Below, one piece after another: positions 1 through 13,065 of a DNA stretch of 64,000 nucleotides. Source of the stretch: Felis catus (Eukaryota); contig NC_058368.1 of the NCBI RefSeq assembly GCF_018350175.1, positions 204,044,001-204,108,000 on the forward strand, given 5' to 3'. Numbering within the stretch: the first letter of the stretch is position 1; the number at the start of each line of letters is the position of its first letter. The notes beneath the pieces were generated by a model. That model had not been told where the DNA came from. It ran no database searches and worked only from the letters and a program-made list of their open reading frames with translations. The position numbers and the translations under genes are program-made.

Positions 1-319
1 ATTAAAAAAAGAAAAAAAGGAAGAAGAGGAAAACTCAAGAGCAGCCTGCACTTAGAAACAAGTAGTCCATATCCTAGCAGCAAAGCACAGGATCCTTCTC
101 ATGGCGCCACTCCAAAACAACAGATTCTGTATTTCTAAAAGGTGAAGAAGTCTTCTGGAAAAATCGACTGCCAAACACATGCATGAAGTTAAGCAAATGT
201 CAAATTGGTACATTAAACTGTACTGCCTTGCTTGTTTAGCATCTCGAAGAGCTCACAATTTACAAGTAGTTCTCAACTTACCAAGATGTTGTTTTCTTAA
301 AGTTAGTTGGCAAATCAGT

Positions 320-530
320 TGTATGACAGCATAGTATTGTGGCTCAGAGTAGAGCCAGACTTCCCAGTTCAAATCCTGATCCCACCACCTATTTAATTCA
401 CTGGACTCTGAGCCTCTACATCTGTAAAATGGGATACCTACTTAAAGGATTGTTCTTTTGTGATTAATGAGTTATCACATTGAAAGTTTTTACAGTCATG
501 CCTGGCACATAGTGAATATTCAAAATGGTA
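320..530 (+). mobile_element. MIR relic
   Basis: gttcaaatcct...ctctgagcctc...catctgtaaaatgggata...gcctggcacatagt core motifs. Confidence 0.7.
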
Positions 531-694
531 ACTATGATTATAATTAGCATGCTGATAGAAATAGGAACACAGTAAGTATTTCCTAGCACAAGAGGATCAT
601 AGGTTATAGAAAAGGCCAGGAGAGAAACAGGTCACCAGGGATTTGGTAAATGTATAGACATACCTCTCTAAATGCATAAGAGAAGACTTCTCTA

Positions 695-916
695 GGGGCA
701 CCTGGGTGGCTCAGTAGGTTAGGTGTCCGACTTCAGCTCAGGTCATGATCTCATGGTTCATGGGTTCAGCCCCTCATTGGGCTCTGTGCTGACAGCTCAG
801 AGCCTGGAGCCTGCTTCAGATTCTGTGTCTTCGTCTCTCTCTGCATCCCCCCCCCCCCATTCATGCTCTATCTCTGTCTCTCAAAAATGAATGAATGTTA
901 AAAAAAAATTTTTTTT
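695..916 (+). mobile_element. Can-SINE (SINEC_Fc-like)
   Basis: ggggcacctgggtggctcag head, CT tract, A/T tail; TSD taagagaagacttctct at 677-693 and 917-933. Confidence 0.95.
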
Positions 917-1554
917 TAAGAGAAGACTTCTCTCTAGGTGGTTAGCAGAGCACATTTAAATTCCAAACAGCACACAAAGAAAATAAAAATTAATTAATTA
1001 AAATGCTGAATTACATTTTAAAATTCAGTCACCAGAAGACAGTGGGAAATGCTGTTTATCCTTTCTTCTTGGAGCTTTACAGAGAGTGTCATCAGTCCCT
1101 GTGATTAAAAAGAGAAAAATACCATTGAATTTTGTTTAATCCAGCATTGCCTAAACTTTTGTAACCATAGAAACCATTCTTCTCTTACCTGCCATTATCA
1201 CCACATTTTTGAGAGATGCTTCTCCAGGTCAATTATTTTCCCAAATATTCTAAATTGGAGAATAAACAGCAATTATCCCTAAGGAAATAAAAGTGGAAGG
1301 TTTTGATTTCACAACGCTATGAGGATTACAAAAACACTCTTCATAAATTAAATACTGGCTAAATCATGATTGCCATTCTTGCTCAACCTGTTCAAAGTGA
1401 GAATAGTAATATTAAAATAAAATGTAAAGCTCCAACACTTCTTTTTTTCTTCTCATGTTAGTAAACCTACTATAAATGACTGTTTAATTATTATATACTT
1501 TAATGAAGATAAATGCGAGAACTACAAAGTGTATTGAAGCATTGTAGTTCTGAC

Positions 1555-1657
1555 TTATTATGGTGATCATTTTGCAGTGTTCACAAATATTAAATCACGA
1601 TATTGCACACCTGAAAATAATATAATATTATACGTCACTTATACCTCAATTAAAATA
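1555..1657 (+). mobile_element. Short L1 3'-terminal fragment (L1MA-like)
   Basis: ggtgatcattttgcag...cacctgaaa...tatacctcaat; degenerate flanking repeat aagcatt..agttct. Confidence 0.6.
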
Positions 1658-1954
1658 AAGCATTACAGTTCTTCCTCAATAATCCAAAATTGTTTAATTA
1701 TAAAGGGAAGCTTTTAACTATTACTGCATGGAAAAAGAGAAATACTATTTATGGCAGCCCCATAATGTTTTTACAATACATGCTAGTACTCATGTTAACT
1801 CTTACTAGTTTTCTTATTTCTGGGAATGTTTCTATCCAGGGGTAAGAATTTAAATAGATAAGGCATTGTAAGGGAGTCCACAATGTTCTAGTAAGTCTTA
1901 GCTTCAGCATAGCACCCTTAATTTTTAATTCCCCTTTTTAAATTTTGTTTCGTG

Positions 1955-3570
1955 TTTTTTTTTATGAATACAATTTATTGTCAAATTGGCTTACATACAA
2001 CACCCAGTGCTCATCCTAACAAGTGCCCTCCTCAATGCCCATCACCCATTTTCCCTCTCCCCCACACCCCATCCACCCTTAGCTTGTTCTCTGTATTTAA
2101 GAGTCTCTTGTGGTTTGCCTCCCTCCTTCTCTGTTTGTATCTATTTTTGCCCCCTTCCCTTCCCCCATGGCCTTCTGTTCAGTTTCTCGGGATCCACATA
2201 TGAGTGAAAACATATGATACCTGTCCTTCTCTGACTGACTTATTTCACTCAGCATAATACCTTTCAGTTCCACCCACTCTGCTGCAAATGGCATGATTTC
2301 ATTCTTTCTCATGGCCAAGTAGTATTGCACTGAATATGTAAACCACGTCTTCTTTATCGACTCCATTCTTTATGGACATTTAGGCTCTTTTCACAATCTG
2401 GCTACTGTTGAAAGTGCTGCTGTAAATATTGGGGACACAAGTGCCCCTATGCATCAGCACTCCTGTATCCCTTGGGTAAATTCCTAGTAGTGCTATTGCT
2501 GGGTCATAGGGTAGCTCTATTTTCAATTTTTTGAGGAACCTCCACACTGGTTTCCAGAGTGACTGCACCAGTTTGCATTCCCACCAACAGTTCAAGAGGG
2601 TTCCCATTTCTCCACATCCTCAGCAGCATCTGTAGTTTCCTGATGTGTTCAGTTTAGCCACTCTGACCGGCGTGAGGTGGTATCTCAGTGTGGTTTTGAT
2701 TTGTATTTCCCTGATGATGAGTGGCGTTGAGCATCTTTTTATGTGTCTGTTGGTGATCTGGATGTCTTCTTTGGAAAAGTGTCTATTCGTGTCTTCTGCC
2801 CATTTCTTCTCTGGATTATTTTTTTTTCGGGTGTGGAGTTTGGTAAGTTCTTTATAGATTTTGGACACTAGCCCTTTATCCAATATGTCATTTGCAAATA
2901 TCTTTTCCCGTTCCATCCGTTGCCTTTTAGCTTTGTTGATTGTTTCCTTTGCAGTGCAGAAACTTTTTATCTTGATGAAGTCCCAATAGTTCATTTTTGC
3001 TTTTAATTCCCTTGCCTTTGGAGATGTGTCGAGTAAGAAATTGCTGAGGTCAAAGAGGTTGTTGCCTGCTTTCTCCTCTAGGGTTTTGATGGTTTCCTGT
3101 CTCACAGTTAGGTCTTTCATCCATTTTGAGTTTATTTTTGTGTATGGTGTAAGAAGGTGGTCTAATTTCATTCTTCGGCATGTTGCTGTCCAGTTCTCCC
3201 AGCACCATTTGCTAAAGAGACTCTCTTTTTTCCATTGGATGCTCTTTCCTGCGTTGTCAAAGATTAGTTGGCCATACATTTGTGGGTCTAATTCTGGGTT
3301 CTCTGTTGTATTCCATTGGTCTATGTGTCTGTTTTTGTGCCAATACCATACTCTCTTGATGATTACAGCTTTGTAATAGAGGCTAAAATCTGGGATTGTG
3401 ATGCCTTCCAGTTTGGTTTTCTTCTTCAATATTAATTTGCCTATTTGGGGTCTTTTGTGGTTCCATACAAATTTTAGGATTATTTGTTCTAGCTTTGAGA
3501 AGAATGCCGGTACAATTTTGATTGGGATTGCATTAAATGTGTAGATTGTTTTGGGTAGTATTGACATTTT
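1955..3570 (-). mobile_element. 5'-truncated carnivore L1 (ORF2 C-terminal part, 3' UTR, tail)
   Basis: ORFs 2620-3567, 2380-2607 and 2097-2366 translate as consecutive broken L1 ORF2 segments (MSILPK.., CWWECKLVQ..); T tract at ~1955; degenerate TSD taatt(c/t)ccctt near 1926 and 3573. Confidence 0.95.
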
Positions 3571-3719
3571 AGTAATTTCCCTTCTTGAAACATCTCAGAG
3601 TTTTTAGAATGCCACGTGCCTTCTTTCTTGCCTAAAATAGTATTAATACATCCAGTCCAGGCACAAAAGGGTCTAAAGTAAGAAAGGAAAAGAGAATTCA
3701 ATTGTTCAGAATCTCAGTT

Positions 3720-4090
3720 CACCCAGTCATTCATTTGTTTCTTTAACAAATATGTATTAAATACACTCCATGTGTCAGAGTATATTCTAAGTATCGAGAA
3801 TACCACAGTGGGCAAAAATAATCATGATCTCTATCTCCTTAGAGCTTATAGTCCCAGGTGATGTAAATATAACATAATGACATATTTAAAAGGTTGATTG
3901 AAATTGCTCTGAAGAAGAGGCAGTTGGTTCTATGAGCACCTGTAATCGGAGAATAGATTTAATCAGGGGGTTCAGGGACACTTCCCTAAGAAACTGTTAA
4001 TGAAGTCCAGAGCTGAAGAAAGAGAAGTAGTTAACTGGCTGACAGAATAAGGGGGAAGACTTGCAGGCAGATGTACATGTGTGGGCAGGC
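3720..4090 (-). mobile_element. L2 relic
   Basis: cattcattt..ttaacaaatatgtatt..agagcttatagtc..atcagggggttcaggga..agagctga pattern typical of an L2 3' end. Confidence 0.55.
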
Positions 4091-4589
4091 CCCCCTGGCA
4101 AGCTAGAGTCAGTTCCTCCCTGCCTCTTCCAAGGAGAGCAAACGAACAAACTAATCCTGGCTCCATGGTGATTGACAGAGGATAATATTATGTGTCCAGG
4201 CATAGTTCGTCCTTGGAGAAGGGAATTCGTAGCTTAGAAGAAAAAAATCATTCTTTAAATAATGTTGAAGTCTCAAGTACCAGGACAGACTGAGAAGGAA
4301 GATATTCTGGGGTATATGGGGTTTCTAAGTGTCTCCCAACTCATGCTACCTAGAAGAATGACCACCCATGCTCTGATGAGAGAAGGAGAAGTGGAGACCA
4401 GGAAAAGTAATAAGAAATTTAAGGAAGGAGTAAAAGAAGGCATAGTCAGAACTAAGTCAATGCACGGTTTTTTATAAAAAAAAGAAAAAAGAAGAAGGAA
4501 CAAGTTTATTATTAATGCTTTGTCATGGCTATTTCAATCTTCCATTGTTGTATAACCAACCACCCCTAAACAACAATCCGTTATTCCAC

Positions 4590-4920
4590 AGAATTCCGTT
4601 TATTAGGAATTCCAGCAAGGTTCAGCTGGTGATTCTCCTGTTCCATGGATATTGCGCATGCAGTTGCCTTCAGTTGATAAGTCCAAGACAGCCCCTAATC
4701 CTCCAAGCCTCTCTCCAGATTGCTTCTCATGACTCAGCCCAAGGTTCCTTATAGCATGGCAACAAGCTCTAAAGAAGGAATTTTCCAAAAGGCCAAGCCC
4801 CAATGCACAAGCTCTTATCCAGCCTCTGTCTGCACTTCACTTGCTAATGCCTGTTAGCCAAAGAAAATCGCATGGTCAAGCCCAGAGTCAATAAGGATTG
4901 ATTCACATGTGCAAGAACAA
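4590..4920. mobile_element. MaLR LTR relic (MLT1-like)
   Basis: cttgctaatgc...agccaaag..catggtcaagcccagagtca resembles MLT1 consensus as recalled. Confidence 0.55.
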
Positions 4921-5240
4921 GAGCTCTTGGAATTTCTAAAAATGGTGTCAATATTTGTATGTGTACCTATACTATAACCAAATCATCATTTAAATTTTTA
5001 GCCTTCTCCTTTTATCCTACCTGTAAACATTCTGTCCACACACCCCCACTGTATGCCAAAAAGAGGATAGGTTTTACAACGGTTTTAATCCCCCCAGCAC
5101 TAAGTTGTGCTCTTTGGAAACAGCATTAATGTATATGAAAAAATCATTAACTGAATTCATCATTCAATCCATTTGTAAAGGTGGTGAAATGTGAGTCATC
5201 TAATTTTAATATTTATTAGGAGAAATGGTTGAAATTATAT

Positions 5241-5450
5241 ATTTATTTTTTTGATGTTTATTTTTGAAGGAGAGAGAAACAGAGCGTGAGGGGGGAGGGG
5301 CAGAGAGAGAGGGAGACACAGAATCTGAAGCAGGCCCCAGGCTCCGAGCTGTCAGCACAGAGCCCGACATGGGGCTCGAACCCATAAACCACGAGATCAT
5401 GACCTGAGCCGAAGTCTGAGGCTTAACCGACTGAGCCACCCAGGCGCCCC
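5241..5450 (-). mobile_element. Can-SINE (SINEC_Fc-like)
   Basis: Reverse complement head ctgagccacccaggcgcccc at 5431-5450; flanking ttgaaattat repeats. Confidence 0.95.
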
Positions 5451-5581
5451 AAAATCATTGAAATTATTAAATGAGACCTTTGATCACCTGTAATTTCAAT
5501 TACATATGCCATTCAAATTCCTTAACACAATTAATAATCACAAATTAGTTATATGAGCATCATGACATGTGGTGAGGGGAC

Positions 5582-6115
5582 TGTACCAGTGAAGTTTCAA
5601 TCAGGGAAGCAGAACCACAGTAGGAAAGAAGAGACTTACTACGAATGCAACTTTACACAATTGTGGATGCCATTGGCTCTGTTTCTGGCCACGGGCCTGA
5701 AGTGACTCTCGGTGAGCAGAGTTGACAGTCAACGTGAAGTGGGGGAGAGTGAGGACAAACTTGAACCCTTGTCTGTCTCACACCTAACACGAGTGACCTG
5801 CAGAAGCCAGTGCGCTCGGCCAAGACCACATACATGGGCTTTGCCCAGAAAGTTGAGAAGCTGAAGAAAGGGATGCAAAAGGAGTGAGAGAAGCTGGGGT
5901 CCCAGCTAGTGTGCAAGGTCAACAAGCGGACCTGGAGCAGCAGTCACGCAATGCCACAGTAGTACCCAGCCAAACAAGCCTTTGTAGTGATACGGCCGTT
6001 GCCTGGCCTCATCTTCCGAATTTCACAAAATTTCTCTTGGGACTAACCTAGAATCAGACAAGGAAGGAAATTCTAGGCACTGCACTTCCAGATTAGCTAA
6101 ATTGACACAAAACCA
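5582..6115. mobile_element. ERVL-type solo LTR relic, subfamily not assigned
   Basis: Starts tgtaccag..cagggaagcagaacc; ends ggaaattct..ttagctaaattgacaca, an end motif I recall from ERVL LTRs; GC-richer than flanks. Confidence 0.5.
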
Positions 6116-6487
6116 CATTAATTATGGCCGCCACCCATCAGAAACAGGCTTGCTTCTTGCTTGATAGACTCATCTTCTGAGATCCACCCAGAAGGCAAAG
6201 AAAGCCCAAGACCTTGGGAAAAGCTCCTAGTATTAGTACTACTGAATTACCACTGCCCAGTTGCAACTGACTCAATAATTTCTTGGTAACTTGAGCCTTC
6301 TCTAATGCAAAGAATAGAGTTCCTCCTTCACTGGTGCTCTGACAAAGATGGAGTAAGTAAACAGATTGTGAAAAATACAAGCAATGTGGGGTTTTTTTGT
6401 TTTGTTTTTTGGGTTTTTTTTGAGAGCAGCATGGGGAAAGAGACATTAGTCAGTACCAAAATTGGCAAATGACTATTGGCAGTAGAA

Positions 6488-6532
<45 letters not shown>
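6488..6532 (+). repeat. (AAT)n microsatellite, ~15 copies
   Basis: Read directly. Confidence 0.95.
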
Positions 6533-6709
6533 TCCCCTCAAAATGACCGGGAAAGTGACAGTTCTCTAGCACGAGTTTTATTTAAAACATTAATAACTAT
6601 GAATTAAAATCTGTATTGTGTTAAATATTTGAAGAGAATTACTTCCTTTGAAATGTCTTGATTCAATGAATTTTCACATGCTATCTCCTCCATTTAAAAT
6701 ACTTGTTCT

Positions 6710-6912
6710 GGGGCTCCTGGGTGGCTCAGTCGGTTAAGCGTCTAACTCTTGGTTTTGGCTCAGGTCATGATCTCAAAGTTTTGTGAGTTCGAGCCCCACA
6801 TCCGGCTCTGGGCTGGCAACACGGAGCCTGCTTAGGATTCTCTATCTCTGTCTCTCTCCACCCCACCCCCAACTTGCACTGTCTCTGTCTCTCTCAAAAT
6901 AAATAAACTTTA
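6710..6912 (+). mobile_element. Can-SINE
   Basis: ggggctcctgggtggctcagtcgg head, CT tract, aaataaataaa tail. Confidence 0.93.
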
Positions 6913-7332
6913 AAATGCTGTTCCTTCCTTATGTACCTAACCATCTCTTATTTATCTTCTAGAACACTTCTCTGCAAAAGCTACCCAGAATTCCCTACTC
7001 AAACCCAGGCAACAATCATTCTCTTCCATGAGCTACCTCCATAACTTGCAAATCATTTAATTTTTGCAATGCCACCAAATTATAATTTTATCATTCTTCT
7101 ATGCATCCCATACTTCACTGCAAGGGACCATGCTACATGCTTCTGCTAATTGGCAGAGCACATGGCACACAATAAATAATAGGCTTGTCATCGCCACTTG
7201 ATCATATATTTTATAGATAGGAAACCCAACCAAATCAATGGTGGAAGGAACAGAAATAAAAACATTTCAAGCGTAAGCAATTTCTAATATCACCTTGTAA
7301 CTTAGAAAATGTCATTAGTGCTACCATTAACT

Positions 7333-7530
7333 GTTTTTTTTAACGTTTATTCATTTTTGAGAGAGAGAGTGGGGGATGGGCAGAGAGAGAGGGAGACACA
7401 GAATCTGAAGCAGCCTCCAGGCTCTGAATTATCAGCACAGAGCCTGATGTGGGGCTAGAACCCACAGACTGTGAGATTGTGACCTGAGCTGAAGTCAGAT
7501 GCTTAACCGACTGAGCCACACAGGTGTCCC
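7333..7530 (-). mobile_element. Can-SINE (SINEC_Fc-like)
   Basis: TSD taccattaact at 7322-7332 and 7532-7542. Confidence 0.94.
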
Positions 7531-9101
7531 ATACCATTAACTCTTTTTGTGGTTTCTTCCAGTTTGAATTCCAACTCCTTACTCCACATCCCTTCTAAAA
7601 ATCTCATGCCGATGATCTCTGATTCTTCCTTCCTTTGACATCCGCTCCCTCCACTTGGAATCTAAAAGAACTAGCAAAATTTGGGTTTCACCCATCTTGT
7701 AAATGCTCCCTTGGTCTCTCTTCTCAGAGGCTTTTCCACCTCATCTCCCCCAGGCTGAGCAGTGGCCAATTCACTTCCTCTCACCCTCTATTCCACCTGG
7801 ATAAACGCTCTAATCCCCCAGATTCTTGTACAATAGGAACACCTATTATGCAAAGGTCTGCCCAATTGCCCATGTTGTCCCTTGCAGTCTAATTTCATTC
7901 TCACATGGTGGCATGAAAATATTAAATAATGGCACTTTTGAATGTATTTGTTATCTTCTTTGTTCCATTTTGCTCAACTTCCTTTATTTCCATGGGGGGC
8001 AAGAAAATATTCCAGAGGAGCAGAAAGCTTATGCATAAAATAGGAATCATGACATTTATTGAAATGACCATGCACTTGTAATTTAAGAAAAAAAAACACA
8101 GTTAATTGGCAGAAGATACAGTTCTTGTTCCATCTGCCACAGTGTAATTAGGGGAACATTGTGATGTTTTGTGCTCCAATTTCCCCAGTGAAAATTACAA
8201 TTAATAACATACACAGAAATCATTATTTTTTAAAAAATATATTTCATCAGTACAAAAGAATTAGATGGGTTATAAATGCTAACCTGTGTTCTTCAAAAAG
8301 ATGATAATTATCACAGAGCTATTTTTGACCTATCTTTGTTTCAGATGTGCTCCAACTGTGAATGAGTGGTTCAACTTTTAGCTATAGATTTAGTACCAAA
8401 GTACTGCTCATAAAATAATAGAGATTAGATGATAGAGCACTTTAAATTCCTCATGGGGCAGAGGAACATATGAAAAACCTTCCTCCAAACAACTCAATGT
8501 CTAAATTTTTAAAAATAAGGTCTCTGAAGCTCACATTCAGTTAGTCTCGTGAGAATAATTAAATGGCTCCTCAGAATTTCTTTGCTTGAAGTATTTGAAT
8601 CAATTCATTTTAAACTACTTAAATAGAGCACTTACTACTTTCTTTGTGAAAATAAAATTAATATTCTGTCCTCATTCAAAGGCTACAAGTTGCACCCCAA
8701 ATATAAATCATAGTAGGAGAAAGTTGCCAAAATATGTTGAGATGATCATATCATCCACGCTTGTGTATTTCTTCCCTCCCATTCCATATTGCTTTAAACA
8801 TTCTTATAACCTCTTTTATTTCATTTAGACCAAAGAGGAAATTACAGAATGTCAATGTGTAAAGATATTAGTAACCAAGACTGGGTAGGAGGAATAACAC
8901 TTCAGAGGATGCCAGACTGGATGGATGAAGACCAAGGACCCAACCCACTCCATTCAAACATCATCGTAACTCACCTTGCTCTCCACCCCACTTTGCCTCT
9001 GAATGAAGATGTGCCCCCAGGAGTAGAAGGAGACAGAAACACCCTGAATTAAGGTCAAGTTTCCATCATCAAGGAAAATGGGAGTTTAATAAAGGAATTC
9101 A

Positions 9102-9320
9102 GGGGGCACCTGGGTGGGTCAGTTGGTTAAGCATGCTACTTTGGCTCAGGTCATGATCTCATGATTAGTGAGTTCAAGCCCCATGTCAGACTCTGTGCTG
9201 AAAGCTCAGAGCCTGGAGCCTTCCTCTGACTCTGTGTCTCCCTCTCTCTCTGCCCCTCCCCTGCTTGTGCTCTTCCTGTCTGTCTGTCTCTCTCTCTCTC
9301 TCTCTTAAAAAAAATAAACA
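9102..9320 (+). mobile_element. Can-SINE directly abutting the 5' end of a full-length L1
   Basis: Complete head and CT tract; short tail aaaaaaaataaaca runs straight into the L1 start. Confidence 0.93.
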
Positions 9321-12300
9321 GGATGGGCCAAGATGGTGGAACAGCATGGAAATTGTTTTTTGCGTCTCTCCTCCCTGAAATGAAGCCAGATCAACACTAA
9401 ACCATCTTGCACACCTAGAAAACTGACTTGAGGATCAACACAACAATCTATACAACCTGAAACACAGAACTCAGGAGGTACATGGTGTGGAGAGATGAAC
9501 TGAGGGAGAGAGAAGCCATTGGGGGGGGGGGGGCAAGAGCTGTTTTTGCTTGTGGAGAGAGGATGGAGATGGTGGGGGGCGGGTAGAGTACAGATAGCAT
9601 ACCCCCACTCGAAAGCATCTGGAGAGAAAAGAAAGAATACACGAGAGACTGAACAAAAAAGGGAGAAAGGAGAAAGGAGAGGGTTTAAATTCCATTAAGA
9701 CTCCATAAACAGGGAAGCATAGAGTCTGAAATGCCACAGCTCAATACCTGGTGGTGCTCTGGTGGGAAGGGCGAATCCTTAGGAACAGAGAGCTAGGTCT
9801 GAGGGGTCCTCGGGTCACACACTAGAGGCAGTTCCCCTGCTGGGAGGACATCTGGTAGAGGCTGTGCAGCCACCCCACAGGCAAAGGTCCCAGCAGACCC
9901 TGGCAAACAACCACACTCACTGGTACTGGAACAAGGACGTTAAGTGGGAAGCCTGGTGATAGATGGGTGTTGTGATTTTTCCATGATCCCTGGTTGCTGC
10001 TGCTACATGATCATGTGAGATTTTTCTGGGGTGGGCTGGTACCCACCCACAGTCTCAGGGAATCGGCAGCAGTGCAGTCTCCCGAACATCCCTGGGGGTA
10101 GCTGGCACCAGGCAATTGCTTGGTGAGACCCTCATCCAGAGGGTCAGAACAGGCCAAAGCCCCAATCACTCAGAAGCGAAGGGTTGGGAAACACAGACGC
10201 ATCTGTGATAAAACTCAGGAGGGAGGTGTCGCCTGGCAGCCTGACGGCTTGTTTACAGTGTAAAAGCAAGGAGTGAACATAAGCCAGAGACAAAGGTGGG
10301 GTGCTTGATGGTCTGTCTGGGAAAGCATAGAGTTCTGGTACTAGGGATTGGGTAGCTGGGTGACGCTATTTTCACCCCTCCCGTGCATGTGCATACATAC
10401 CTATAAGCGCCACAACAATCCACCCCCAGCAAGCTAAGCAGCACCATCTAGTGGAGAATAGAGCCATTACACTAAGCCCCATCCAACTGGGCCAACTGTG
10501 CACTTTAGGAACACCACAAGTCATTCCATCTGCTTAGTTTACTGACTCTAACGTGCTTCGTAGTTTGACTTCTAGGAGAAACCGATGTAATTTCAATCAT
10601 ATTTCAGTCTGTTCACAGGTCCATCTATTCGATTTTTTTTCTTTTCTTATTCTTGAATACAGAAAGAGAAAAAAATTATTTTCCATTTTTATTAAAAATA
10701 TTTTTAATTTTTCCCACTATATTTTTTATTTTGTAAATTTTTAAAATTCATTTCACTTCCATCATTTCATTCTATTCTTCTATTATATTCATGTTTTCAA
10801 ATTTTCAAACGTTTTCCTTTTTTCTCTTTTATCTTTCCCTTTTTTCTCTAATCTATCAAGCTCCTTTCGACAACCAGACCAAAACACACCTAGGATCTAG
10901 CATCCTTTATTTTATTTTTTTGTGTTGTTTTTAATTTTTTAATTTTTCTTTTTTTTTTACTTTACTAATTCCTTTTCTTCAAAAGGATGAAATGAAGGAA
11001 TTCACCCCAAAAGAAAGAACAGGAAGAAATTACAGCCAGGGAATTAATCACCACAGATACCAGCAAGACGCCTAAACCAAAATTTAGAATCACGATAATA
11101 AGAATACTGGCATTGAAAATAGGTTAGAAATCCTTTCTGCAGAGATAAAAGAAGTCAAAGCTAGTCAGGATGAAATAAAAAATGCTATAACTGAGCTGCA
11201 ATCTTAAATAGATGTCATGGCAGCAAGGATGGAAGAGGCAGAGCAGCAAATCAGAGATAAAGAGGACAAACTTATGGAGAACAATGAAGCAGAAAAAAAG
11301 AGGGAGACTAAGGCAAAAGAGCATGATTTAAGAATTAGAGAACTCAGTGACTCATTGAAAAGGAATAACATCAGAATCATAGGGGCCCCAGAAAATGAAG
11401 AGAGAGAAAAACGGGTATAAGTTTTATGTGAGCAAATCATAGCAGAAAACTTTCCTACCTGGGGAAAGACACAGACATCAAAATCCAGGAAGCACAGAGG
11501 ACTCCAATTAGATTCAACAAAAACTGACCATCAACAAGGCATATCATAGTCAAATTCCAAAATATTCAGACAAGGAAAGAATTATGAAAGCAACAAGGGA
11601 AAAAAGTCCTTAACTGACAAGGAAAGACAGCTCAGATTCACAGCAGACCTATCCACAGAAACTTGGCAGGCCAGAAAGAAGTGGCAGGATATATTCAATG
11701 TGCTGAATCAGAAAAATATGTAGCCAAAAATTATTTACCAAGCAAGGCTGTCATTCAAAATAGAAGGAGAGATAAAAAGTTTCCCAGACAAACAAAAATT
11801 AAAGGAGTTCTTGACCACTAAACCAGCCCAGCAAGAAATTTTAAGGAGAACTCTCTGAGGGGAGAAAAGACAACAAAAATAAAATAAAATAAATAAAACG
11901 TATTTTAAAAGACCAAAAGCAACAAAGACTAGAAAGGACCAGAGAACACCAACCAGAAACTCCAAATCTACAGGCAACATAATGGCAATAAATTCACATC
12001 GTTCAGTACCCACTCTAAATGTCAACGGACTAAGTGCTCCAATCAAAAGATATAGAGTAACAGAATGGAAAAGAAAACAAGATCCATCTATATGCTGTTT
12101 ACAAGAGACCAACTTTAGACCTAAAGACACCTTCAGATTGAAAGGAAGGGGATGGAGAACAATCTATCATGCTAATGGTGGCCAAAAGAAAGCTAGAGTA
12201 GCCATACTAATATCAGACAATCTAGACTTTAATGTAAAGACTGTAACAAGAGATGAAGAAGGGCATTATATCATAATTAAGGGGTCTATCCACCAAGAAG

Positions 12301-13026
12301 ATCTAACAATTATACACATTTATGCTCCAAACATGGCAACACCCAAAGATATAAATCATTAATCACAAACATAAAGAAACTCATTGACAATAAAACCATA
12401 ATAGTAGGGAACTTCAAAACCACACTTACAACAATGGACAGATCATCTACACAGAAAATCAAAAAGGAAGGAATGGCTTTGAATGACACACTGTGCCAGA
12501 CGGACTTAACAGATATATTCAGAACATTTCATCCTAACGCAGTAGAATACACATTCTTCTCAAGTGCACTAGAACATTCTCCAGAATAGATCACATACGG
12601 GGACACAAATCAGCCCTCAACAAGTACAAAAAGATCGAGATCATACTGTGCATATTTTCAGATCACAACGCTATGATATTCTAAATCAACCACAAGAAAA
12701 AATGTGGAAAGATAATAAATACTTGGAGACTAAAGACCATCCTACTAAAGATGGATGGGCTAACCAAAAAGTTAAAGAGGACATTAAAAAGTACATGGAA
12801 GTCAATGAAAATGATAATACCACAGCCCCAAACCTCTGGCACATAGCAAAGGCAGTCATAAGAGGGAAGTATATAGCAATCTAGGCCTTCCTAAAGAAGG
12901 AAGAAAGGTCTCAGATACACAACCTAAACTTAGACCTTAAGGAGCTGGAAAAAGAACAGCAAATAAAACCCAAAGCCAGCAGAAGACAGGAAATAATAAA
13001 CATTAGAGCAGAAATCAATGTTATCA

Positions 13027-13065
<39 letters not shown>

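Noticed and set aside
2620..3567. 315-aa ORF, the longest in the window
   Set aside because: C-terminal part of L1 ORF2 in a 5'-truncated copy with no promoter, endonuclease or RT core; not a host gene
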